Part shown: positions 23,601 to 35,174 of the stretch, one piece after another
Layout of the letters: each line of letters opens with the position of its first letter
How positions within the stretch are numbered: the first letter of the stretch is position 1
NCBI GenBank assembly: GCA_964019425.1
Contig: OZ025799.1
Span: 558,001 to 622,000, forward strand
Length of the DNA stretch: 64,000 nucleotides
Origin: Flectonema sp. DT1601
Lineage: Eukaryota
Reading direction: 5' to 3'
Translations under genes and position numbers: made by a program
The notes under the pieces: generated by a model
Seen by the model: only the letters and a program-made list of their open reading frames with translations
What the model was told of the DNA's origin: nothing
The model's database searches: none

Positions 23601-25442
23601 ATACGAAGAGAGTACGACGATGAGCGTCGCTACTGTGAATAGAGCGAATGGACTTGTTAGAAAATGTAGAAAAGAATTCAATAAGGAAGTGATATCTAAA
23701 AATCAACAAATACAGTCCGACCACTCTGAAGTAAAAAGAATCCTAACAGAGCTGAAAGGAGACAGAACCAGTACTGGTGTTCAAACTGAAGAAAGAGTAA
23801 CTCACGTTCATCACGGACGAGATTTAGTCGCTGAAATCCAACTGGAACAAAAACTACAAGAAATGACTCACCGAAACACTAAGTTCACTTGGAAAGCCGC
23901 AGCAAATCTTGCAAGCCAACCGAAAAGTAAATACCCGGATACTATTTCTGGGAATTTAAAGCAGGGCAGCTTTACAAGACAGCTTATGACTGCTACTTCC
24001 CCTACTCCTTCTACGATACGTGAAAACAGCGTCACTGAAAGTGACCTTGACTTGTTATCCTCAAGGTTACCAACAGAAAAGCGTCTTATTCAAAACATAC
24101 CAGACAATGAGAGTTTCTTACCACAGTGTGATATGGTAATTAAAGCTGTTGGGGTTCAGGTAACAGAATCACATCAAGTGACGCAAAAACAATTCCAACC
24201 AGAAGTTAATTGTTTACAAAGCACGATGTTGCTTCATACTGCTTCTCAATCTGATATATTTATTGGTTCAAAACCCAATAAATGGAACGCACGTCCTAAT
24301 GGGGGTGGTACTATAGCAAAAGGTTGTACAAAAATACCAAAATTAATGCGAACACGTCCCTCTGATTCGGGTATCCCACACATCTCTGGTGGGGGTGTGC
24401 CACAGTTAATGAAATCTACTCGATCACCATTCGGAAAGAATCCTTATAATGAGTTAAAGCAACACCGCTACTGCGATTCTTGTAGAGAAAGAATCGAGAC
24501 CAGGAATCGAACTAGAGAGGCTGAGAAGGATTTTTGGTGGCTTCCAGACACTGATGTATTTAGAAACAGGGAGGAGGATGTGATTCCGTGTTTTGAAAAG
24601 TGTTGTCATTCTAACTACGAATGGATTAGAAAGATTCAACTGGAACTTTACTCTCAGGCAGGTCATCCTAATGCTGCAAAACACAGCGAGCTGCTAGCTG
24701 CTATTTGTGGACGTCCAAATCAACCTGAAAGTAATCCAGTCTGTCCACATCCTCCAGCACTTCCTCCGGCCCCTCTCGACATCTGTCCACGAAAACCAAC
24801 AACCCCTTCGCTGTTTGTTAGCTAATTCATTTACACTTTTTATTGATTGTTAATTTTATTATTATTATTGTTGTTTTAATAATTTAATTTCATTCATCAT
24901 AAAACAGATTAAAGAAAATGTTATTTCGATCAGAAGAGAACAGATATCACCTACCAAATACGTATCTCAGGTCGAGAGATGATTTACTATTTGAGGGTAA
25001 ACACCCCATTTGGTGGAAGGCTGGGAATAGAAATTATGAAATTGAGGGTTCTGGGTTGTCATATGATGTGACAGAGACGAAAAATAAATTTTTACTCAGC
25101 ACGAGATCGTCAGTTTTTGGAACTGAAGAACGACTTTCTTACTTTCCAAAACCAAAACCTCCGTCGATAGAAAAAAAGTCACAACGTCCGAATTCAGCTC
25201 CCGCACCTGTTTCTCTTGGCGGAAAGTCTTCTCCAGGACATTGGCTTTATGGTATTCAAAGATCAACTAAACGATACCTAAAGGGTGGGAATGAAACCCC
25301 TGGTCCGAATAGCTATTTTTTGAACTTTAATAGTACGAGAAAAAAGTGTCCTTCATGCACCTTCGGAAGGAGTTCTCGATTTCCGACCAGCATCCGAGAT
25401 CGGAGGCAGTTCATATCTCAGATTGATAAAAATTTGCGATAA
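20641..25442 (+). CDS. Large hypothetical coiled-coil protein with UVR-like motif, poly-Lys tract and C-terminal STPG/SHIPPO-like PGP repeat; probably 2 exons (20641-24812, 24908-25442)
   Basis: The 1394-aa and 174-aa ORFs join in frame if GTTTGT(24813)...AAAACAG(24907) is spliced. Motifs EDEKLDAVNREDYDTAK (UVR-like) and ETPGPNSY. Confidence 0.65.
24813..24907 (+). other. Probable cis-spliced intron, 95 nt
   Basis: Donor GTTTGT (same as the 37034 intron), A-rich acceptor CATAAAACAG, in-frame join CT|A TTA AAG AAA ATG. Confidence 0.6.
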
Positions 25443-25765
25443 CTTCTTTTTCCCTTCTTATAAAGTTCTTTTTTAATACAATCTATATATTTATACTTGA
25501 ATTAGTTATCTCCCTAATGTGCTCTATTTTTTTCACTGACACGCATCCTAAAGTTATTATTAGTTTCCACAAACAATGTTTGGCTTATCAGCTATGTAGT
25601 TTGTGCAGTTTTGAAACTAGTTTTGGCATTGAGGTCTTCTTAGTTTTTTTAAATTAAAATAACCACAGGCAAAACGCATTATGGAAAGAGAGAGTTCCCC
25701 CCTTTGATGTTATTACTAAAGTTGTATAAACATAATTACTTTTTAACAGATCGAAGGGTTTTACA

Positions 25766-27079
25766 ATGCCGATCCCACCAGAGCTTATTAACATACCCAT
25801 AAACAAACTGTGGACACCTTGTAAGAGAGTTGGTTGTTCTTACATTGTTACGGGGATCAATCCAGAGTACTGCTGCAATGCGTGTCGAGCTGGAATTCAT
25901 GGTCCTAGATGTGCTCACGTCTCAGTAGGTGAGGCAGGTCCGTCTATTTGCGCATTAAAATCATGTGCAGATGATAAGAGTTACGGTCCTTTTAAATTAC
26001 ATCACATGGGAAGGAACATTGTAGCATTCGCAGTGATTGATGACTCCGATTCGAAGACAGATTTCCTCCGCATGGATGACAGAGGTCGCGTTAGTATGAC
26101 TGGAAAGGGAGGTCCATTCGCTCAATTTACAATAATAAGACTAGCGCCTGATATCTATTCCTTACAGTGCATTCAACATAAGAAGTTTTTAGTAAGTTGC
26201 TGTGGTAACTTACAAGGTTCTCAAGAAGATGGTCTGTGGATGCTTTCACCTATTGAATTACGTGACTTGGAATCAATTTGTGAAAGAGGTGAGTTATCAC
26301 ACACTTCAGCTATAACAGATGATCCGTCTTTACAACTTTCTGTTGATCAAAAAAGAACATTCATGGAAGCAGGTTTTGTTAAACTTGATAACTGCATCCC
26401 TCAGTCTCTAATTGATAGAGCTCTTTGTGAAATTAATTCACGACTTTGTGAGTTGGACTCTGTCACAAAGAACGGTGATGGTCACACCCAATACACTACA
26501 TCAGTACAGGGATCACCTGCGATATGTGCTTTGTTTTATAACAGTCCCTTATACAGTTTTGTTCAAAGTCTTATAGGAAGAGGTAAAGTGTCCAGGTGTT
26601 GGGGTGGTCAAATAGCTCTTCGAGGACCAACACCATCACGATATGGTCAAGGAGAGAATGTAAATATTGGATGGCATCTTGATGGAATGGATAAAAATAA
26701 ACACAGTCCGTTTTCATTATTAGTTGGAGTAACACTTTCATCCGCAACAGAGATGAATCAAGGAAATTTAGTAGTGTATCCCGGATCTCATAAGGTTCTG
26801 CTTCCAATTATTAGAGAAGTTTGGAATCAACGTGGTCAGCTACTAACAGACGAATCTCGTCCAGACCTCGGTCTCGGTACTCAAATTATGGCATCTCCGG
26901 GTGACGTTATATTAGCACATCATAAAGTAGCTCATCAGGGAGGTCTTAATACTGGAAGTAGCATCAGATATCAAGTTTACTTTAGAGTCTCTCATGTTAA
27001 TCATGAAATGTTCTCAACTACGGAACTCACTCTACAAGATCTCTGGGTTGAGTTTGAAGGGTTGAAAGGAATGACGTGA
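25766..27079 (+). CDS. PhyH-like Fe(II)/2-oxoglutarate dioxygenase with N-terminal Cys/His-rich motif and a fascin-like segment
   Basis: LSVDQKRTFMEAGFVKL, WHLDG (HxD), GNLVVYPGSH, PGDVILAH..VAH.GG.N....IR motifs. Confidence 0.88.
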   Translation: MPIPPELINIPINKLWTPCKRVGCSYIVTGINPEYCCNACRAGIHGPRCAHVSVGEAGPSICALKSCADDKSYGPFKLHHMGRNIVAFAVIDDSDSKTDFLRMDDRGRVSMTGKGGPFAQFTIIRLAPDIYSLQCIQHKKFLVSCCGNLQGSQEDGLWMLSPIELRDLESICERGELSHTSAITDDPSLQLSVDQKRTFMEAGFVKLDNCIPQSLIDRALCEINSRLCELDSVTKNGDGHTQYTTSVQGSPAICALFYNSPLYSFVQSLIGRGKVSRCWGGQIALRGPTPSRYGQGENVNIGWHLDGMDKNKHSPFSLLVGVTLSSATEMNQGNLVVYPGSHKVLLPIIREVWNQRGQLLTDESRPDLGLGTQIMASPGDVILAHHKVAHQGGLNTGSSIRYQVYFRVSHVNHEMFSTTELTLQDLWVEFEGLKGMT

Positions 27080-27249
27080 ATACAGAGATCCTGTTTTTAC
27101 ACTCGATGAACAATTAAACTAACTTACAAAATTCTTAGAAAGGGTTTCAAAGAAATAAAGTGAAGGAAATTACTGAAACTCTCAGTAGTCAAACCTACGT
27201 ATCTTACCTCTTTTTGCGATATTTGTTGTTTCGTTCATGTGATTTATAT

Positions 27250-27635
27250 CACGTTAGACCCTTCGATGTGGTTCCTAATTATAAAAGCCGACGTGGATAT
27301 GCTGCTGATTCGCTCACACCCAATGTGATCTAATGTGGCGCCTACTTAAGTTATAAGAAGGACGTGTTCTGTCTCTCTTTTGTTTTCAAGATGTTGTTAT
27401 TACAGTTGGTATTTGATTCGCTCACCTCTCACGTTATGATGAGAAAGGTTTAAAGGCTGTGATGTGTTGTCATTTATTAGACCCTTTGATGTGGTGCTTG
27501 CTTACCTTTTATTGTGATATTAAGTCTGTCTCTTTTCTCTCCTTTTGGAAGACGGTCCTACTCTTCAAGACAACTCATTGATGTTGCTGCTGGTTCGCTC
27601 ACGCGCTTATGCGATCCGTCCTTCGATGTAGTTTA
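27250..27635. repeat. Degenerate local repeat
   Basis: TTAGACCCTT(C/T)GATGTGG at 27254 and 27477; GCTGCTG(A/G)TTCGCTCAC at 27301 and 27586, with a partial copy near 27413. Confidence 0.55.
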
Positions 27636-27746
27636 TCTACCATGATGGTTCTCTCCTTTTTTTCCTCTTTTTTTGATCACTCTTTAGTTTTTTCCCCCAA
27701 CAGTTACACAACAACACTTCTATAAGTAACTTACTGCTATAATGAA

Positions 27747-29267
27747 ATGTACGACCGTGTCGCTGTACCACCCTCAGTCTATGGAGGTAGATCTTTTAAT
27801 CTTTATGGTTTAATGTTTGTTAAGAAACTGGACAGACGTGGAAAGGGAAAATCTGATCGACTTTTAATGCTGAACACAGTGTTACTAGTACAAACAAGCA
27901 TATCTGGAGGAGTCAAGAGAGTAACGAGTTTAGAAGAGATTACTGGTGTTGTAATTGACGAAGCAGCACAAAGATTACAGATTGATATTGCAAACGACAG
28001 GTCGTGGTTAGTTGAAACAGGTGATAGAAGAAGTCAACCAAAAACAGGTGAGGAATTCGTAACAAGGTTGGAATACTTTAGATCTCAGAGGACTGAAAAG
28101 GAGCTTCAAATTGAAAAAAAAAGAATCATTCCAAATAAAGCCCAACTGGCCCCAAGAGGAGGTGTAAGCAAGCCGAGTACGAAATTACAATTATACTCTA
28201 CAACGTTACGAAAACCAACAAGTGTGAGTATACAAAAAAGTCAAAATCGAGAAGCACTTCGAGACACAGAAGAATTCACCATTGTTTCAACACCTGGTAT
28301 GAGTCTGGGAATGGACTTAGCAATTGACGGAGGTCGAGTTACAATCAGAAACGTCACCGGACCGGCAGCAACTGCGGGAGTTCCTTTTGGTGATTTGAAG
28401 GCAGTCGGAGGTCAAATTATAACAAAACAAAAAGCATTACTTCTAGGAGCTATGTTGAAAGAAAAAATTGAAAAGGACGGCAAAGTAACTGTCTCTGTAC
28501 TAAGAGATAAGTTAAAGGAATTCGAAATAAAAAGAGAAATAGAAGTAAATCAATCCAACAAACAAGAACAAGAAGCAAGAGAAGCAATCGAGTCACTGCA
28601 ATACAACTTAGAGCGAGCAAGGCAACGAGAAGGACAAGCGAACTACCACGCGCAGCAAACACAGCTCAAAGGGGAAATTGCAGTCAAAGATTTAACTGGT
28701 AAATTGAAAGATGCTTACGTGGATGTTAACAGAGTTCAAAAAGAGAGTAAAGTTGTTCATCAAACACCGGAAGTCTTGCTTGATCAGATTTTAAATTGTA
28801 TTCCAAAACCAAAATCATTCACAGACCCTGGAGGTGTACAAGCTTCTCTAAGAGCTGTCAGAGGTGAAATCGGATATGGAAGTGACTCATCGAGAACATA
28901 CGAACAAAATGTTAACGACCAACTTCAGAGAGTTCTACGTAAAGAACAACGAGCAAAGTTGAATCTCATCGCCCAGCTGAATCATTTACAATCAGTTAAA
29001 CCTCATGCGATACCAATACCAACTCCAACACCTGCTCGTCATCAGACATTTAGTGAAACACTTCGAGATTGGAATAATGGCGTTTTAGGGTGTCCTGATC
29101 TTGCTGCAGATCGAGAGAAGGAAAATTTAGTGGCGCAGCTTCCAAAGCCTGGACAGACATTTGATCCTCCGCCTGTAAACACATATCAGGTTGGAAAGCA
29201 AAAGACGAAAGATCCGATTGGAATTAATAAAAAGTTACATGTTTACGTTGAGAAGTTGGACGTATAA
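27747..29267 (+). CDS. Hypothetical protein: PH-like N-terminus, PDZ-like domain, coiled coil
   Basis: VKKLDRRGK...RLLML (PH/TH1-like); GMSLGMDL...VTGPAATAGV..GD (PDZ-like); 506 aa. Confidence 0.7.
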   Translation: MYDRVAVPPSVYGGRSFNLYGLMFVKKLDRRGKGKSDRLLMLNTVLLVQTSISGGVKRVTSLEEITGVVIDEAAQRLQIDIANDRSWLVETGDRRSQPKTGEEFVTRLEYFRSQRTEKELQIEKKRIIPNKAQLAPRGGVSKPSTKLQLYSTTLRKPTSVSIQKSQNREALRDTEEFTIVSTPGMSLGMDLAIDGGRVTIRNVTGPAATAGVPFGDLKAVGGQIITKQKALLLGAMLKEKIEKDGKVTVSVLRDKLKEFEIKREIEVNQSNKQEQEAREAIESLQYNLERARQREGQANYHAQQTQLKGEIAVKDLTGKLKDAYVDVNRVQKESKVVHQTPEVLLDQILNCIPKPKSFTDPGGVQASLRAVRGEIGYGSDSSRTYEQNVNDQLQRVLRKEQRAKLNLIAQLNHLQSVKPHAIPIPTPTPARHQTFSETLRDWNNGVLGCPDLAADREKENLVAQLPKPGQTFDPPPVNTYQVGKQKTKDPIGINKKLHVYVEKLDV

Positions 29268-29400
29268 TATTATGATATCTGAAGGCAATTACTAATCCTC
29301 ATGTCAACCAAGACCTGGGCGATACTTCTTTTTTTTTTTTTTTTTTTGTTCCCTTTCCCCATTCATTCTGGATAACGCTACCTTAGTTACTGAAGGTGTA

Positions 29401-29985
29401 GTAGGTGTGCTAACGAACTGGCAATATAATCTAATTGATTTTTTTTCTCTTTTTTTTTAAAGTCTCTTAAACTCCATGAAAGGAGTTTATTTGTTGACAA
29501 CGTAATTTAATTAAGTGAAAACCTACAACACTCTGCCGTATTACATTATACCTCTGATTTTGGTTTCTCAGGGCTCACGATCATTTGAGTAATTGAATAA
29601 CTCGATTCCGTACTTCCACTGAATGACACGGAAAAAGAGAGCTCTAACTTAGAACTATTTATAATGTGAAGTCCTCTACGTCATACGCAGAGTGTTTGCC
29701 AATACTAACATTACCTGTAGTCAACATGTGTCACAACTATCGTTTATTTTAGTTTACTCTGGTACAGTACAGATATTCTATTTCTTCATAGATATTTTCA
29801 AACATTTCTTGTTGAGCTTGAAATACAGTATCAAACTACCCCCCCCGTTCTAATGTTAAATCATCGTTATGTTGTTTATGATACAATACATTTGTATTTT
29901 ACGTACAAATCAAACAGTTAAACCCCCCGTTCTAATTTCTACGTACCACAAAGACTGATGCACCTCTCCTTTTTCTTTCCCTTGG
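29401..29985. repeat. Dispersed structured non-coding repeat, copy A (possible non-autonomous mobile element)
   Basis: Colinear similarity to 54767-55167, including CACTCTGCCGTATTACATTATA, CAGGGCTCACGAT, GAATAACTCGATTCCGTACT, CACTGAATGACACGGAAAAAGAGA and ATTTGTATTTTACGTACAAA. Confidence 0.85.
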
Positions 29986-30470
29986 TTGCAGTTTCAAAAA
30001 AAAAAAAAATCAAGCAAAAAAATCTCAAAACCCTTTTTTTGACAAATGACTGCACGAAAAAAAAAAAAAAAAAAGTCTTTCCCATTCTGACTTCTTTTGT
30101 TTAGCCTTATTACTTTGTGTAGTGTTTTAATACTGTCAGGATTATTCCCTATTCTGACTCCGCTAGCGTGTTATGATCTTGCACAATGAGCTAACAAAAT
30201 CTGTTTTTTTTTTTTTTGATGAAGTAGTTGATAATCAAAACCTAAACTCTGGAGTATTATTGTACCCTGTTTTTGGTTTTTTTTTTTTTAATAAAGGGCT
30301 AACGTTGATCGTATTGTAGAGTCTTTTTTTTTGTTTTTGTTTTTTGTAACATTTGCAAAAGTATTTTTATCATTAATTACTATATTTTATTTAAATTGGT
30401 TAGCTTTTGATATGCGGTACATATATTTATGTCTTTTTATATAAAGTAATCTATCTCTCTGACTGTTAGT

Positions 30471-30508
30471 TTGTTATGTTGATTCCGTTAGCGAACGAGA
30501 TCTCGACC
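30471..30508 (+). rRNA. Short orphan SSU (18S) rRNA fragment
   Basis: GTTGATTCCGTTAGCGAACGAGA nearly matches the conserved 18S GTT(A/G)ATTCCG(A/T)TAACGAACGAGA. Confidence 0.6.
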
Positions 30509-31706
30509 TTTGGCTTTATCCACGAGAGTGCCGCCAGACTGTGTGCGTCTTCAGCACGCGTTCAGAGCAAACCAGTAGAAGATTTTTGAGTTGCGGATAA
30601 GTAGTAGCTGTTCCAGGGTGTTTTTTTTTCTCTTTTTTTTTTCTCTTCTTTTTCTAAAATTATTTATTAAAAGGTTCTGTTGTTGTTTATTGTTCATGTT
30701 TTGTTTGTGAGAAGAAAGAAAAAAAAAAAAGAAACCACGAAGAAAACAGCAACAGTGTGAAACTTTTATGCTCTTGTAGTCTGTCGCACGCATGCTCTCA
30801 CAGTTTTTCTGTGCTGCTTTCTTTGCATCTCTATTTTTTCATTCTCTGTTTAAATTTACTTAATAAAAAAAAAAAAAAAAACTACGTGTCTGTTGTGCGG
30901 AATAAACCTTCCCGTCCCATGTGATTAGAAGGGTAATAATAAATAAGCACGAGCTTCTTGTGTGGCATTTGGTTTGTTCAGCAGAACAACATCAAAATCA
31001 CCATCTCTGTGAGGTTTACGACTACGCTCTTAGTTGAATGAGTTGTTTAAAGTGGTAGGAATGTGGTGTAGCAATCCATCCCACTGCGTGATGTCTGTTT
31101 TTTTTTTTTTTTACTTTTGTACTACTGTATTATTTAGTTGCATTTCTGGTTGTATTTGTGTTTCTTTTTTTTCACACCGACTAAGTCGGAGGAAAAAAAA
31201 AACTATTCAGATTAAGAGCCGTTTTTATTTTATTATCGTCAAAATGTTATCACTTTCTCTCTGTGTTCAGTGATACTTCTTTTGTAATTAACAAAATGTG
31301 TAAGGCCTTTTTTCTGAATGGTTTTTTTTTTTTTTTTTTTTGTTTGTTATCTCCTGATGACTTTTTTTTGAATTTAAAAGTACGTTCCTTCAAAATAATA
31401 TTCATTCACCCCTGTCAGTATATGTCCAACATGTCAACGTGGCCTCCAGCAATCAGGTCTTTTGGTTTTTCTCTTTTAGAGAAAGTGCCACGTTATATGT
31501 AACACACAAACACTGCGGTCTAGTCATCAAGAAAAAAAAAATTTCTCGAACTGACGCTTCGGCATGTGTAAGACATGTTAATTAAAAATATCAGGGAGTG
31601 GGACTCTTAATCTGATTGCCAGGTCGTACTAAATACCTTCGAGTTGTTTATTGTTGTTACTCACCCTCATTCATCTATTTCGTTATAAAGACAACATCAC
31701 AATAAT

Positions 31707-33152
31707 ATGTCTGGTGATGAATTATCAAAAGCCCTGAAGAGTAAAGACAGGGCGAGTGCTTTCAACAAGTTTATTGAAAACTGTATCGGATGTATATCAA
31801 ATGAAGAGACTTATGAGGAATTCGATGAGAAAATCAGCGATAAGTTTTGTAACGCAGTGAAAAACGTACTGTCACTCCCTTTGGTAAAGGGTAGTAGTGA
31901 TGCTGTAATTATTATGTTGAGAGAGAGGATTGAGAAGAAACATGAGTTGCTGTTGTATGCTTATCAAGCTGCTCACTCAATACTAACATCAGAGCAGTCA
32001 TTATCGTTTGGAAGTAGACAGACAAAAAGAAAGAAGTGTACCGAAGACAGATCATCCCAACAAAACATATTAATTACGAATATCTTTGCCTTGTTTCACG
32101 GAATGCCAATGCCGCTTAAGAAAGCTGAAATATCCCTGGAGCACTCTACTCTTTTATCAAAATTACGACAGCTTCAAAAAGATGAGGTTGCAAAGAATAC
32201 CTCCCTCAAAGCAAAGGCTCGTAACAAGTCAATGAAAGAAGGAGTCACGAAATTGTTCATGCCAAGTACGTATGCTCGTGCTTTTAGTGATGTTTGGCTT
32301 TCAATTTTTAGTTTAGATTTGGAAAAAAGTGTGTTATTGCAACTATTAGAAACACTTCACGTTGATATAATGCCGTACTTACCCTGTCCATTGGTTTTGT
32401 TCGACTTTTTATGTGATGCGTATGATGAGGGAGGTTTGGCTGGTTTGTTATCTTTGAATGGATTGTTCGTTTTGATGACTCAACACGGACTTGAGTACCC
32501 ACAGTTCTACGACAAGCTGTATCTCACATTAACACCAGATGTCTGCTATACACGTTACAGATGTACATTTTTTGAGTTGATGGGTTGTTTCTTAACTACT
32601 CCTGGTTTATCAGCCACGATTGTTGCTGCCTTTGCCAAACGAATTTGCAGGTTGGCGTTGCATGCGCCAACACCTGCAGTTTTCTTTATAATTTCACTTG
32701 TAAAATTATTGTTGATAAAGCATCCCCAAGTCATGGTGTTAATTCATAAATCTGATCCAGATTTTGATGAAAAATCTGACAACGAAGACGAAGACGAAGA
32801 TGAAGAAGAAGAAAAGATTACTTCTGATCCGTACAATGCGTTAGAAAAGATTCCTGAATCTTCATTAGCGATTAACAGTAGTTTATGGGAACTTCAAGGA
32901 ATGTTGTCGCATTATAATCCAACAATCTCAGCAACTGCAAAGGAGTTTTGCGATGAATTAAAGCAACCACTTGGAGGATCTGCTCCACTAATTCAAGCTC
33001 GTGCAGGAAGAACGTTTGCAAAGATGTTCCAACGTGAGCTCTTACGTGATCTGAAGGGAATCCCTACGGTTGCTTACACTACGCCAGTCCCATTCAAAGC
33101 TCCCAGTGAGACTTCTAAGACTTCGACACTCAATAGTACTTTTTCCTTTTAA
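31707..33152 (+). CDS. NOC4: Nucleolar complex protein 4 (CBF/Mak21 domain)
   Basis: LFDFLCDAYDEGG..GLLSLNGLFVLMTQHGLEYPQFYDKLY, VAAFAKRICRLALHAP and DPY....PESSLAINSSLWEL...HYNP. Confidence 0.93.
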   Translation: MSGDELSKALKSKDRASAFNKFIENCIGCISNEETYEEFDEKISDKFCNAVKNVLSLPLVKGSSDAVIIMLRERIEKKHELLLYAYQAAHSILTSEQSLSFGSRQTKRKKCTEDRSSQQNILITNIFALFHGMPMPLKKAEISLEHSTLLSKLRQLQKDEVAKNTSLKAKARNKSMKEGVTKLFMPSTYARAFSDVWLSIFSLDLEKSVLLQLLETLHVDIMPYLPCPLVLFDFLCDAYDEGGLAGLLSLNGLFVLMTQHGLEYPQFYDKLYLTLTPDVCYTRYRCTFFELMGCFLTTPGLSATIVAAFAKRICRLALHAPTPAVFFIISLVKLLLIKHPQVMVLIHKSDPDFDEKSDNEDEDEDEEEEKITSDPYNALEKIPESSLAINSSLWELQGMLSHYNPTISATAKEFCDELKQPLGGSAPLIQARAGRTFAKMFQRELLRDLKGIPTVAYTTPVPFKAPSETSKTSTLNSTFSF

Positions 33153-33453
33153 AAGTTTGAGTTTGAGTGTCCAGTTCGATTCCGACTAGTGGATCAGATT
33201 TGTTTGTTTTTTTTATCAAAAAAAAATTAAAAAAAAAAAAAAATAATCAGTTATTTCATGTTATGTTAGTGTAGGAAGTTATTACGTATCAAAAAAAAAA
33301 AAAAAAAGTAAGTTTTTTTTCTTTCTGAGCTCTCTTTTAACAGTAATTATCACACAGGTTGACAATGCGAGCTTAATCTTTTTTTGTGATTCCTCAGTAG
33401 GTTCAATCGAGATTGATATATTTCATTTTTTTCAACCGCAGAATTCAGTCACC

Positions 33454-33936
33454 ATGGCTAACGAAACCGTAATTAGTCGTGAGTTCGAAGGAGATATGTC
33501 CGACGAGTACATCGTGTTGTTAGTTTTCGCAATTGCCTTCGCAATAATTGGAGCAATATGCTGTGTTATAGCCTTAGTATGGCAACACAAGACTGCAATG
33601 ATAAATCAAAATTTACGTAAAAGGGGATACGTTGAGAAAGGTATATCAATATCGGCAGTAATCGGAGGGGATGATTCTAATCTCGCAATCGATCATATGC
33701 AGCAATGTAAGACTTGTGGAACACCAGTTCCTGGTCTGGCTATGTATTGCTTTATTTGCAGTGAGAGTCAAAGGAAAAAGACTGGTTTTGATTTTCGTAC
33801 CAAACTTCGCAGCGTCAGATGCTTCTTCGCCACTATGACAACTACACCACCAAAGGAAACAACTTGTGAAGAGAGAGAAAAGAATAGAGAAATGATGTTA
33901 GCGGGAGAAGATCTTGACATGGCCATCTTATTGTAG
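33454..33936 (+). CDS. Small single-pass membrane protein with cytosolic zinc ribbon
   Basis: TM YIVLLVFAIAFAIIGAICCVIALVW; CKTC-x10-CFIC; ATG 12 nt after a pyrimidine-tract AG. Confidence 0.75.
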   Translation: MANETVISREFEGDMSDEYIVLLVFAIAFAIIGAICCVIALVWQHKTAMINQNLRKRGYVEKGISISAVIGGDDSNLAIDHMQQCKTCGTPVPGLAMYCFICSESQRKKTGFDFRTKLRSVRCFFATMTTTPPKETTCEEREKNREMMLAGEDLDMAILL

Positions 33937-34223
33937 TTCTTCCTATCTTGGTTACAATTGTTCATAAGACGAAACAGCCACAGTCCCCACGACATTCGAA
34001 CATATTTTATAGCTCAAGAATGGCTATCAGAACCTAAAAAAACACTTCGCTGTATTTATTATTATTTGTCCTTTTTTTTTTTTTTTTTTTTTTGGTATTT
34101 TTTTTATTCTTTTTACGGATGTGTGTTTTGTTAAGTAGTTCCACCTGGTGAGGCACAATTTCCTTTAAAAAAAAAAAAGAAAGAAATTTTTTTTGTTTCT
34201 CCAGGTTCAAAAAAAAAAATACA

Positions 34224-35174
34224 ATGAGAGAATCAACACGAATATCGTACCTCGAAGAAATGAATGAAGAGCTCAGAGCATTAGCTGCAACATTACAACG
34301 GGAAGACATAAAATCTACTTCGGATGAAATCTCTCAAGAAGAAGAACAGTTTCGTAGAGTACTACCACCACAGGCTCCTACTTATATTGTTTCTGTGATA
34401 AGAGGAAATGATGACCTTCCTGTTTTTGAACCACAAAAACCTCCATCATCACCACTACAGCAATTATCAGTAGTGAGTACTGACTTGGCTACTGAAGCGA
34501 TTGTTGAGTTAGAAATGTCTACAAGAGAATCTATTACTTCTGTATGTCTGTATTCGATGCAAGCATTACTTGCCTGTTCGAGGTATTTAACAACAGTGAC
34601 ATCTGATATAAGTAGCAGCATGCATAAACAAGAAGTTGTTATCGATGAATTGTCTATAAAGATTGCTGAAGGAATAAAGCCATCTCAGAATAGTAAGAAG
34701 CATAATCCTCGAAAGAGAAGTAAAAAACGATCATCGATATCGCCTCAGAAGGTTCGACGGAGGTCAGGTAGTCCGAAGCGCTATCGTAGTAAGTCACCCT
34801 CTAAGAAAAAGATATCTAAATCTTTGGGATACGTTCCTGGGATTATTGGAATCTCAACCGATGTTAAAAAAGTAAAACTGAACACTGCGATTCCGTTTTC
34901 TGGATTCAGTCCTCAGATCAGCAGTCCGTTAGTACGACTGGAGTCATTGACATCAACTTTACAGCCTGCTCCGCCTTCTCCTCCTTCCTATCCTGTTGAT
35001 ACGAGTCCTCGAAGTACTCTACCTGTTGGTCAGTCTACTAGTTTGAATGAGAAATTAACGCAAGTATCAAGTCAAGAAACTGCAGCAGAAATTCGAAATT
35101 TAATGCTCCGTCGGGAAATAGAAAGAGTAAACCACATGAGGAAAGTAGCATCCTGTGGTCAACCTCAGAGGTAA
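34224..35174 (+). CDS. Hypothetical protein with R/S/K-rich basic region
   Basis: 316-aa ORF; ATG preceded by TTTGTTTCTCCAG; RRRSGSPKRYRSKSPSKKK segment. Confidence 0.7.
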   Translation: MRESTRISYLEEMNEELRALAATLQREDIKSTSDEISQEEEQFRRVLPPQAPTYIVSVIRGNDDLPVFEPQKPPSSPLQQLSVVSTDLATEAIVELEMSTRESITSVCLYSMQALLACSRYLTTVTSDISSSMHKQEVVIDELSIKIAEGIKPSQNSKKHNPRKRSKKRSSISPQKVRRRSGSPKRYRSKSPSKKKISKSLGYVPGIIGISTDVKKVKLNTAIPFSGFSPQISSPLVRLESLTSTLQPAPPSPPSYPVDTSPRSTLPVGQSTSLNEKLTQVSSQETAAEIRNLMLRREIERVNHMRKVASCGQPQR

